A stretch of 64,000 nucleotides of DNA from Spirochaetaceae bacterium (GTDB lineage: Bacteria > Spirochaetota > Spirochaetia > DSM-2461): contig JAOPTT010000022.1 of assembly GCA_051531975.1 (NCBI GenBank), forward strand, positions 1-64,000, written 5' to 3'. How positions within the stretch are numbered: the stretch's first letter is position 1; every line of letters starts with the position of its first letter. The notes beneath the pieces were generated by a model. That model did not search any database. It saw only the letters and a program-made list of their open reading frames with translations, and was not told where the DNA came from. Shown here in pieces: positions 38,598 through 48,300 of this stretch. The position numbers and the translations under genes are program-made.

Positions 38598-39569
38598 ATG
38601 GGTAAGTCAGAAAAGGATAATATGAATAAAATAGTAATTATTGGTAATGGTTTTGATCTTGCACACGATCTAAAAACTTCATATTGTGATTTTATTGAAA
38701 AATGTATTAAAGATAATCCAATATTTTTAAATAACAGTAAATCAGAACTATTTACAAAAATATATGAAATAAAAAAAGCTAAAAATTAGGTAGATATTGA
38801 AAACCTATATTTTAGGCTTATATTAAATCTTATAGATTTCAGTAAACCACATCAAGTCAATTTAAAATTCATTAAAAGTCTCAACAATGATTTTGATTTA
38901 TTAAGAGTAAACTTAATCGATTATCTTGAAAATGAACAAAAAGAAAAGGACATAGAACCAAGTGAAAAGTATATAGAATTATTTTTAGAGGGAATTAATC
39001 ATTCGACAGATGACATAATTATAATAAATTTCAATTATACTGATACTGCTGAACGATATCTAAGGATTATTAAAGATAGAATTGGTTTTTCTAATAAAGA
39101 TAATATTAGATGTATTAATATTCATGGACAAATAAATTCTAGTACTGAAGAACCAATTTTTGGAATTGGTGATGAATATCACTCTGAATATAAAAAAATT
39201 AAAGAGCTTGATGACATTGATGAAATATTGAAGTTCAGTAAATCATTTTGGTATCAAAAAAATAATAACTATCAACAACTGATGAATATATTAGATTCAT
39301 ACAAATCAAAGAAAAGAGGTCACTTAGTCTTTCCACAGTATTGTACTATTGAAATATTTGGACATTCATGTGGATTGTCAGATAGAACCTTATTAAAATA
39401 TATATTTAATAATGAATCTATCAAGTCCATTATGTTATATCACTATCCAGATAAAAAAGGATATACACAAAAGACATATGATATCTGGAGACACTTTGAT
39501 AATGCTCATCAATTTAGAATGAAGTTAAAACCATTTAATGAGTCAGATATTATGCCTCAGATTATATAA
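38598..39569 (+). pseudogene. abiH: AbiH-family (Sir2-like) abortive-infection gene with one in-frame amber stop
   Basis: IIGNGFDLAH, N*VDIE (TAG at 38787-38789 where Trp is expected), NFNYT, IHG, PIFGIGDE, FGHSCGLSD, all in one frame. Confidence 0.88.
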
Positions 39570-39931
39570 AAATTGAATATGATTCTGTATATACTGAGAT
39601 ATTAAAACTATATTAGAATGATCTTTATCGATCATATAACTAAGTTTTGTTACCGATGTGCTATATAGTTCATTATAAATTATCTCAAATACAAACGAAT
39701 TTAACTGTTTTAATATCATACCAATCCAGTATGCCATAGTGTTGTTTTTAAGCATTTTAGCCACTCGCCACTATATCTAGCGTATTTAGACTTAAGTGAC
39801 TTGACTTATGAATATTTAATGAGTAAATTTATAATATAGTACATAAACATAAGGAGGATTAAATATATTAAATGGGCTTTCTAATTAATACTTAGAATAT
39901 ATTACAAATAGAACTATATGAGGTATTAAAA

Positions 39932-40174
39932 ATGTCAAAAGGTGAAGATAGAACAATTTTTCAAAGAAATGATGGTTGTTGGGTAAATCAAAGAAATGGG
40001 AACCAAAAAGCTACTAGTATTCATTCTAATCAAAAAGATGCATATGACGCCGCTAGAACAAACCATCAAAACAAAAAAGGTGGAGAAATCTCAATTAAAA
40101 GAGGAGATAATGGTAGAATAAGAGCAAAACATACCATTAAACCAGCAAATGATCCAAGAAACATTCCAGGCTAG
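39932..40174 (+). CDS. DUF2188-family small protein
   Basis: WVNQRNGNQKATSIHSNQKDAYDAAR...GGEISIKRGDNGRIR...DPRNIPG; RBS gagg. Confidence 0.85.
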   Translation: MSKGEDRTIFQRNDGCWVNQRNGNQKATSIHSNQKDAYDAARTNHQNKKGGEISIKRGDNGRIRAKHTIKPANDPRNIPG

Positions 40175-40251
40175 AATATTGGTCATAAAAAACAATGTTA
40201 TAAACAATAGTAAAATAAATTTAAAATATATTTAATAAGGGTATTTTACAA

Positions 40252-41586
40252 GTGATCAACAAAGATTTTAGACATCATTATGTACCACAATGGCTTATAA
40301 AAAAGTTCTGTAAAGATGATCATATCCCTAAAAATGATGATGATTTTCCAGTTTCTGTTTATGATTGTGATAAATCTAAAAGTTTTAATAATATTCCAAG
40401 AAGAATTCTCTATAAGAAATATCTTAATTCTATTGATCTAAATAATTTAACTAATTTTATCGAATACCTAAAAAACAATGGCGAAGATGTAGAAATATTT
40501 AAATTATTAAATTATACAGCTGAATACGAACACATATGGGAAAGATTTGATAGGATCACTTCAATGATATATAACATCATTGATAATAAAACAAAAATTA
40601 CAATTGATGATAGGGCGAATATAAGTTTCTTCTTCTCAGGTTCTTATTTTAGAACACTTAAAATTTTTAAAAGGGCAAAAGATAAGGTTTCAACTATTAG
40701 AAATTTATTACAAGATAATCTTAGATTTACTGAAAGCGAAATAGATACTTATTTGGGAGTAGATTCTACACTAGATGATGAAAAATATAGTATGTATAAG
40801 TTTCTATTTGAAAATAAAGATACATTTCAATATTTTACAGATTACCTACCAATAGTTCTATACACTAAGAGTGAATTTATTCTTGGTGATAATCCTGTAA
40901 TACTCCTTAATTTTTATCATGATAATATAAATAATAACGGACTTGCGAATGAGGGTACATTTGCTGTAACTCCTATTGATAAGCATAGATCAATTTTAAT
41001 GTTACCAACAAATTACTTAGATATGATATTAAATAATTATGACTTAGCTATAGCTGGAAATATATTATATGATAATTTTACAGGTGAAGAGATTTCAAAT
41101 AGTGATGTAATTAATAAAATTGATTATATAATTAAAAAGTTATTCTCACCAGAAAGTATAGGAATACCACTTGTTCAATATAAATGTAACATAAGAGATG
41201 TAGAATTCTTAAACTATTTACAAATAGCTAATTGTGATCGATTTTTAATTTCCAGTGATAATAAAAAAGAGATGATCAATAATTATTTCACTTCATACCC
41301 TGAATTGATTGACAGAAACAATATTTGTAGTGACTTGTACATCAAAACTGGTAGTGATCAAAAAATTGAAATATTTCAAAAGATTAAAAACAATGAAATA
41401 ATTAATGAAAAATGTGACTTCATGCCACATGTATATAATTTAAACTTAAAATATACAAACTTTTCAAAACTTTATAGAACAATAATATATAAAATCCAAA
41501 AAATAGCACGTGTTAGTATAAATCCTAATCCTCTGCTTAATAAAGAACACTTATATGGGAACAAATTATATATAGAAAAAAAATAA
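40252..41586 (+). CDS. DUF4238-family protein
   Basis: RHHYVPQWLIKKF N-terminus and FILGDNPV motif. Confidence 0.8.
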   Translation: MINKDFRHHYVPQWLIKKFCKDDHIPKNDDDFPVSVYDCDKSKSFNNIPRRILYKKYLNSIDLNNLTNFIEYLKNNGEDVEIFKLLNYTAEYEHIWERFDRITSMIYNIIDNKTKITIDDRANISFFFSGSYFRTLKIFKRAKDKVSTIRNLLQDNLRFTESEIDTYLGVDSTLDDEKYSMYKFLFENKDTFQYFTDYLPIVLYTKSEFILGDNPVILLNFYHDNINNNGLANEGTFAVTPIDKHRSILMLPTNYLDMILNNYDLAIAGNILYDNFTGEEISNSDVINKIDYIIKKLFSPESIGIPLVQYKCNIRDVEFLNYLQIANCDRFLISSDNKKEMINNYFTSYPELIDRNNICSDLYIKTGSDQKIEIFQKIKNNEIINEKCDFMPHVYNLNLKYTNFSKLYRTIIYKIQKIARVSINPNPLLNKEHLYGNKLYIEKK

Positions 41587-41624
41587 TATTTAATCAAAGT
41601 CTAATATTTCAATAGATAATCGAA

Positions 41625-41731
41625 ATATAAAAAAACTGTAATGGAAAATTATTTTAACTAACTCTCTGTAGAAAAAGCAGAGAATTCGGCAACCCAAAGG
41701 GTCATGATTTCTACTTCATCAGGCGTTTAAT
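41625..41731 (+). repeat. attC-like site 5 (107 bp, left core eroded)
   Basis: ATATAAA...ctctgtagaaaaagcagag...gcaacccaaaggg...catcaggc-GTTTAAT; same internal layout as sites 1, 3 and 4. Confidence 0.65.
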
Positions 41732-41863
41732 CACCTAATAGATAGGGGAAAACTATTTAATCTAGTATTATATCAGCTGCTTTTTCAGTTGAGATGTTTT
41801 CATGATTATATATAGATATTAAATTTTTTAGGTTTAGAGTGTTGTTTTCTATCTCATCTTCAC
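41732..41863 (-). pseudogene. Diverged copy of the hisS 3' end plus its terminator
   Basis: Encodes EDEIENNTLNLKNLISIYNHENISTEKAADIILD* versus native EDEMKSNTLNLKDLISKDNYENISTEKAADLILD*; offset 1184 bp. Confidence 0.9.
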
Positions 41864-41922
41864 ATGTTTTACTTCAAATCAGAGATACTTAAAATAGAGA
41901 TTTTTATTAACCTTTTGACATA

Positions 41923-42111
41923 TTATCTACCGTAAATATCCTCTCTGTCTGAAAGGTTTAAAGTTAATTTATCAAGCTGATTTACAAGTGGTAACATTTT
42001 ATTAATTATTTCTTGGGTTTCTGGTGTGACATTATCACTTAAATCATTTAGATTCTCATATATTGAAGTTATACTTTTTATTATTTTTTTATGTTTGGCA
42101 CTATTTCTCAT
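41923..42111 (-). CDS. Small helical hypothetical protein (62 aa)
   Basis: ATG preceded by RBS aagga; amphipathic pattern. Confidence 0.5.
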   Translation of the reverse strand: MRNSAKHKKIIKSITSIYENLNDLSDNVTPETQEIINKMLPLVNQLDKLTLNLSDREDIYGR

Positions 42112-42240
42112 TATTCCTTCCTTTATCCTTATTTAATTATAGATGTTTTTTTATATTTTAAATATTTTATTTCACTTTTCGTTTCTCTGTTTACCAAACT
42201 TGAAAATATTAACATCCCAATAAAGTGTTCTTTTATCCCA

Positions 42241-42304
42241 AAAGGGAAGCACCAACATCAGGAAGTTCAACCTTTGTATATAACGTTGTTAAATTATTAT
42301 ATCT
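42241..42304 (-). pseudogene. Second hisS remnant (motif-3 region)
   Basis: RYNNLTTLYTKVELPDVGAS versus native RYNNLASLYTKVELPGVGAS. Confidence 0.85.
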
Positions 42305-42686
42305 ACTACATTTCTGATATACAGACAAATTATGATTATATGCTTCATATTGATAAGATTAGGCATCCATGAGGGTGTATAATGTTAATTGTATTAGAAA
42401 AAAGAAAGTCTTTTGTTAATAATTGAGGCAACTGGTTATTTTTTATGGGTTTGAAAACATAAATTTCTGATGGAATTTGAGACTTATGGGACATTTATTC
42501 ATAAAGTCTGCTTATATCATTCCTAAAATATGGTATTGGTCTTGATTTGTGGGTATTTAATGTGAGATACTCCACATCTTAGCTCTTAATAAGTATTAAA
42601 CTTCTAAGATGAGATTATATTCAAAAGTTTACTTTCTGTTGAAAGATAAAATAGGAATAATAAATTAAATAGTAAAAGGAGAAATC

Positions 42687-42896
42687 ATGGGTAGTATTAA
42701 ACTATATGACGATGAATTGTTAGAAAAGGCAATCAAAAGATTCAAGAAGACGATCGACAAAGAAGGTATTTTAAAAGAATACAAAGCAAGACAGTACTTT
42801 TTAAAACCTTCAACTAAAAAACACGTAAGAAATAAAACTATTAAAAGAAAAGCATTTTTAAACATACTTAAGGCAAAGAAAAAGAATTCATACTAA
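42687..42896 (+). CDS. rpsU: 30S ribosomal protein S21
   Basis: LEKAIKRFKK..DKEGILKEYKARQYFLKPS; RBS aggag. Confidence 0.9.
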   Translation: MGSIKLYDDELLEKAIKRFKKTIDKEGILKEYKARQYFLKPSTKKHVRNKTIKRKAFLNILKAKKKNSY

Positions 42897-42911
42897 TTGC
42901 TTAGGTAATAA

Positions 42912-42934
42912 CTTCCCCTAATAGATAGGGGAAG
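42912..42934. terminator. Bidirectional terminator between rpsU and hisS
   Basis: cttccccta-ataga-taggggaag. Confidence 0.7.
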
Positions 42935-42940
42935 AACTGT

Positions 42941-44239
42941 TTAGTCTAATATTAAATCAGCTGCTTTCTCAGTTGATATGTTTTCATAATTATCTTTCGA
43001 TATTAAATCCTTTAGATTTAGAGTATTACTTTTCATCTCATCTTCACCACAAAAAATTACATAAGGTATTGATTTATTCTCAGCATATTTAAACTGCTGC
43101 TGAACCTTCTTCTTAACAGGAAAAACTTCTACGTTTATACCTCTTTTACGAAGCTCAATGGCCATTTGGTGATAGTGGGGGATAACCTTGTCATCTAGGG
43201 CTAGAATTAGAACATCTGTTAAACTCTTCTTAAGTGTTCTCTTTTCTAAAACTTCAAGACCAGCTAACAGCCTATCTAAACCAATAGAAGCTCCTACACC
43301 TGGAAGTTCAACCTTTGTATATAAAGATGCTAAATTATTATATCGACCACCTGAACAAACACTACCGATCTCTGGGAGTTCATTTAAGAACGTCTCGTAT
43401 ACTAAACCTGTGTAGTAGTCTAAACCTCTAGTTATAGATGGATCTAAGATAAAAGAGTCCTCTATGTTGTTATATATTATATAAGAGTAGATCTCTTCTA
43501 AACGTTTAGTATCTGTGTCTTCTCCACCTGCTAAAAAGATCATCTTATCTAGTGTCTCTCTAAAGTTTTTACCTGGCTTAATAAAATCTAGTATTTTTAG
43601 AGCATTTTCAGAAGTTGTAATCTCTTCTAATAGTTCTACTACCTTAATTTCACCAATCTTACCAAGTTTATCAACAATTCTAAGAACTTCTACAGTTTTA
43701 TCTTTAAGACAAAGAGTTTCTAACATTCTATTAAAAATTCCACGGTGAGAAAATCGGATAGTAACATCATTTACATCTAAAACTGCTAGGGAGTTTTGCA
43801 TCATTAACATAATTTCGAAATCGCTAGAAGGACTATCTACACCAACAATGTCAAAGTCACACTGTGTAAATTCACGGTATCGACCACGTTGAGTATTCTC
43901 TCCACGCCAAACTTTAGCTATATGATATCTTTTAAAAGGAAGGTATAACTCATCTAAATGCTGAGAAATATAACGTGCGAAAGGCACTGTAAGGTCGAAA
44001 CGCATTGAAACATCACGTTTTCCACTGTCCTGAAAATTATAGACCTGCTTATCGGTCTCACCACCACCTTTTCCAAGGAGAACCTCAGTATATTCTAATG
44101 CTGGAGTATCGATAGGAACAAAACCAAAACTTTGAAAGTTATTTTCAAGTTTATTAGTAACTGTTTTTCTCTCTATCTCATTTTCTGGTAAAAAATCTCT
44201 AAAACCTTTTAGAACTCTAGGTTTAATTATTGAACTCAT
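42941..44239 (-). CDS. hisS: Histidine--tRNA ligase
   Basis: KGFRDFLP, RFDLTVPFAR, GRYREFTQCDFD, RGLDYYTG, GGRYNNL. Confidence 0.97.
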   Translation of the reverse strand: MSSIIKPRVLKGFRDFLPENEIERKTVTNKLENNFQSFGFVPIDTPALEYTEVLLGKGGGETDKQVYNFQDSGKRDVSMRFDLTVPFARYISQHLDELYLPFKRYHIAKVWRGENTQRGRYREFTQCDFDIVGVDSPSSDFEIMLMMQNSLAVLDVNDVTIRFSHRGIFNRMLETLCLKDKTVEVLRIVDKLGKIGEIKVVELLEEITTSENALKILDFIKPGKNFRETLDKMIFLAGGEDTDTKRLEEIYSYIIYNNIEDSFILDPSITRGLDYYTGLVYETFLNELPEIGSVCSGGRYNNLASLYTKVELPGVGASIGLDRLLAGLEVLEKRTLKKSLTDVLILALDDKVIPHYHQMAIELRKRGINVEVFPVKKKVQQQFKYAENKSIPYVIFCGEDEMKSNTLNLKDLISKDNYENISTEKAADLILD

Positions 44240-44306
44240 AACTTATCCTTTTATTTTAAGTTACTGTATTTTGCATTAAAAAAAGTATAAATTCAATATT
44301 TTATAT

Positions 44307-44444
44307 TTAAAGAGTGCTTTTTTGTTGGGTTCTAACTTTTACATATTCCAACTCTTTCATAAGATCGTCTCTATTGTCTTTTAGGTTTTTAACTGCCTTT
44401 TGTAGTTCCATAATCTTTTTATCTAATACTAGACTTCTATTCAT
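44307..44444 (-). CDS. Small coiled-coil protein (45 aa), below the ORF-track cutoff
   Basis: MNRSLVLDKKIMELQKAVKNLKDNRDDLMKELEYVKVRTQQKSTL* with RBS aaggag. Confidence 0.55.
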   Translation of the reverse strand: MNRSLVLDKKIMELQKAVKNLKDNRDDLMKELEYVKVRTQQKSTL

Positions 44445-44536
44445 AATTAAACTCCTTATATTTTAAGTAATCAGTATAGTTATTGTTATAATAACTAAGC
44501 CCTATAGGAGTATTAACGGCAAAAACAATAAAAAGT

Positions 44537-45277
44537 TTATTTAGTAGCTACAACAATTAATCTTTTTGCATCGATATCGTATGGATTACCCTCAAAATCA
44601 CCATAAATTTCTACAGATTTAAAACCAATACCTGAAAGTAGTGTGGACATTTCTAATGCAGTATAAACCCTGGTATCAAATGATTTTTCGAACATCTTGT
44701 TATCTTTGTAATAGAGCCATCTGCTTTGTAAAACTGTAAAACTATGAATCATTTGATACTCTAACATCACCTTTACACCACCGGATTCAAACCATATGTT
44801 TTTCTCAAAATCCCGTAATAAAAGTTCTTTTCCCTGGGTATCTATTAAGTATTTACCACCATCTTTAAGGGAGTGATATACATTTTCTAGTGCAATTATC
44901 TCATCATCCTCAGATTCAAGAAGACCAAATGAAGTATACATATTTATAGCAAAGTCATATCTGTTTTCATCTCTATATTTAAGTATGTCATCTTGAATAA
45001 AATTAAGATTTGAAAAGTTATTATTGGCTTTGGCACGGTCAAGATAATATTTAGTAATATCTACCCCGGTAACATTTATATTTTTAGAAGCTAAACAGTT
45101 TGAGAATCTACCAAAGCCACAACAGACATCTAATAGGTAATCATCTTTTTTTATATCTAAGAGTTTAATTAAATCTAGAGATTCAGAAGCAGTCTGTTCA
45201 ATTCTATCTCTATCGTACATTAGTATCTCAAACTCTTCCCAAAATGACTCATCGTAACAAATTTCCATTAAAAACAC
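44537..45277 (-). CDS. Class I SAM-dependent methyltransferase
   Basis: LLDVCCGFGRF, VTGVDI, MYTSFG, LKDGGKYLID. Confidence 0.9.
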   Translation of the reverse strand: MFLMEICYDESFWEEFEILMYDRDRIEQTASESLDLIKLLDIKKDDYLLDVCCGFGRFSNCLASKNINVTGVDITKYYLDRAKANNNFSNLNFIQDDILKYRDENRYDFAINMYTSFGLLESEDDEIIALENVYHSLKDGGKYLIDTQGKELLLRDFEKNIWFESGGVKVMLEYQMIHSFTVLQSRWLYYKDNKMFEKSFDTRVYTALEMSTLLSGIGFKSVEIYGDFEGNPYDIDAKRLIVVATK

Positions 45278-45370
45278 CTTAACTTATTAAAAATATAGAT
45301 TAATACTATATCCTACAAAAAGTTATGTATATAATAAATTAAACTTAATTAAAGTGGAGAAAATATATAA

Positions 45371-48300
45371 ATGAAAAAGTTCAATGTAATAATAGCCCTT
45401 TTATTAATAAACAACCTACTGTTTGCAGATATATTTGAATTAGCATCACCTCAGTTATCCGCAAGTTCTGCATATTTTGATTCTAATAAAACGACAGCTG
45501 TTGCTATAAGTAACCCAGCATTAACATCTGACATTCAACGTTATACTTTCGATTTTAATTACCTTTTATTAGCCGGTTTAACTGGGGATATTTCTGGTCT
45601 TGGTCACTCTATTAGTTTAGGTGGAGCAATGCCATCTAAGTATGGTGTCTTCTCATCAACCGTCGACTTACTATTAACAGACGATTTAGGTACTTCTGAT
45701 CTGAATGTTGGAACAGGTACCCACATTAACCTGAACTTTTCAAAAGAGATATACGCTGATTTATCATTTGGTGGTGGTTTAACTACAATATTAGCCTCCG
45801 GTGACGATGGTTTTGATTGGGGATTAGGTCTAAACCTAGGTTTTGTTAAAGATGTAGGCCATTTAGGAACATATGCTACCGATGTACGGTGGGGTGTAGC
45901 TATAAGAAACATGGGTAAAGGTTATAATAATTCCGATGATTTTTTTAAAGCTGATACCGATGTATTTACCCCTGCAGCATTTATTGAACTAACCACAATT
46001 AATACAGATAAATTTAATCTAGATGTTGTCTCTGAAATATCATTTCCATCATTTTCTAATATGAATATTGAAATAGGTGCTAGAGCATCATTTTTGGAAC
46101 ATTTTATAGTAGATACAACAACTAATGTAGATATAAATGAACTAATAGCTGGAGATTATGATAGTTTAATACCTTCACTATTTATAGGATATAATTTACT
46201 TCCTGGTAGTGAATCAGAAACAAGTTCAATCTACGATGAAACGTTATTCTCTCTATCTGCTAATCCATATGCAGATGGGATATGGGCTTTTGGTGTAGGT
46301 GGAACAATGCCAATTGGTCAAAAAGATACAACTCCACCGGAAGTAGTTATTGATTATGAAGATACCCAATATGTCTCTCCAAATTTTGATGGAACAAACG
46401 ATGAATTAATCTTTCCAATTACAGTGGAAGATGAAAGATATATATCAGCCTATGAATTTACAATTACTGATAGTTTTGGAAATGTTGTAAAAAAAATAAT
46501 TAACAAAGAAGAGAGACCAGAAAACGAATCTATTAAAAACCTTTATAATAAAATGGTGAGCCCTAAAACTGGAATACCTGTACCTGAAAACTTTAGATGG
46601 GATGGAATTGCAGATAGTGGAACACTGGTTACCGATGGAGAGTATACCTTCCAGACAAAGTTTACTGATGACAATGGTAATGTAACTATAACTAAAGAGT
46701 ATGAATTTATTATAGATGTAACTGATCCAACAGTTGAACTTTCACCTCCTTCAGGTTTAGACCTTATTTTTAGCCCTAATGGCGATGGAAATAAAGATGT
46801 TTTAGAAATTCCACAAAGCAGTTCAAAAGAGGTTCGATGGTTTGCTGAAGTAACTGACTTTATGGGTAATAGTGTAAAATCTGAGGCATGGGACAATGCT
46901 CCTACCGATAAGTTTTTATGGGATGGTAAAGATGATTCTGGCCAGTTAGTTCCAGATGGAGTATATAAATATAAAATAACTAGTACAGACTTAGCTGGAA
47001 ATAGCACAGAAGATTTTGTAGATAACATTATTATTAATACTAAACAGCCTCCTATTGGAATAACAATTAATACTAACTCCTTCTCTCCAAATAACGATAC
47101 AGTTAAAGATAATATGGAGTTTGTTTTAGACATTCCTGTTAAGACCGGAATCATTCAGTGGGATTTAGCTATAAAAGATTCTACTGGATTAGAGGTAAAT
47201 AGATTCTCAACCAAAAAACAGGGTTACTCTGTAATTGAAGATAACATTAGATTCAATGGAGATGATTCTGCAGGACGAACTCTAAAAGAGGGCAGTTATA
47301 GTGGTGAATTAAGTGTTGTTTATCAAAATGGGCATAGTCCTGTTGTTGAGTCCCCAACATTTAATATTGATATTACGCCTCCAAAAGCAGATGTAAAAAC
47401 CACATATAATATGTTCTCTCCAAATGGGGATGATAGTAAAGATGAGATGATTTTAAATCAATCCTCAACAGTAGAAGAAGAGTGGCTTGGAGAAGTCTTT
47501 GATGAATTTGGTGACTTAGTATTTAATACTAGTTGGATTGGTGAAGTAAATAAAACATTTAACTGGGATGGTAAAAATAATGATGGTGAACTATCTGAAG
47601 ATGGACTATTTACATATGTACTATCATCTACAGATAAATCTGGTAATAGTTACCGAGGTGAATCAACTAAGTTTGAATTAAATACAAGTAAAACAGGTAT
47701 TGAATTAGCACTAAATAGAACCTCATTCTCCCCTGGGTCTGTTAACGGAAAAGTTGAACTAACAGCTATTCTAGATAGTATTATTCCTCTAGATAAATAC
47801 AATCTGGAGATTATAGATAAAAACCAAAAGGTTATTAAAGTTCTATCTGTAAATGGAAATATAACTAGTGTCTTTAACTGGGATGGTTTAGATACAACTA
47901 ATAAAAGAGTAGCCGATGATACCTATTTTGGAAGAATAAAAGGTGAGTTTGTAAATGGTAACAGAGTTACATCTACTACCTCTGAAATAGTATTAGATAC
48001 AAAAAAACCTATAGTGACTGTTAAATTAAAAGAAAGATTTAATGTATTTAGTCCTAATGGTGATGGTAAAAAAGATTATTTAACATTTTTACAAACCACT
48101 TCAGATGAAGTTATGTGGAATGGAGATATAAGTAATCAAACCGGTGAAGTTGTTTATACTAGTTCATGGAGTGGTATTGCTCCAGCTGAGTTTATATTTA
48201 ATGGTAAAAACATGGAAAATATAAACCTTACCGATGGAAAATACTTTTATGTTTTACATGCTACTGATAGTGCAGGAAATGTTGGAATATCAAATAAAAT

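Larger units (their letters stand above)
26686..41863. mobile_element. Accessory/defence island organised as an integron-like cassette array (CALIN-like); no integrase in the window
   Basis: Co-oriented non-housekeeping ORFs between purE and rpsU/hisS, five attC-like sites, and duplicated flank sequences. Confidence 0.75.

Noticed and set aside
38787..38789. Pyrrolysine recoding of the AbiH amber codon
   Set aside because: There are no pyl genes in the window, TAG is used as a normal stop elsewhere, and a single TGG-to-TAG transition explains it.
42091..42372. 93-aa plus-strand ORF
   Set aside because: It is antisense to the hisS remnant, has a low-complexity composition and no RBS.
26686..42900. 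Integron integrase, phage integrase or transposase for the island
   Set aside because: No ORF shows tyrosine-recombinase (R..HxxR..Y), serine-recombinase or DDE motifs; no prophage structural genes are present.
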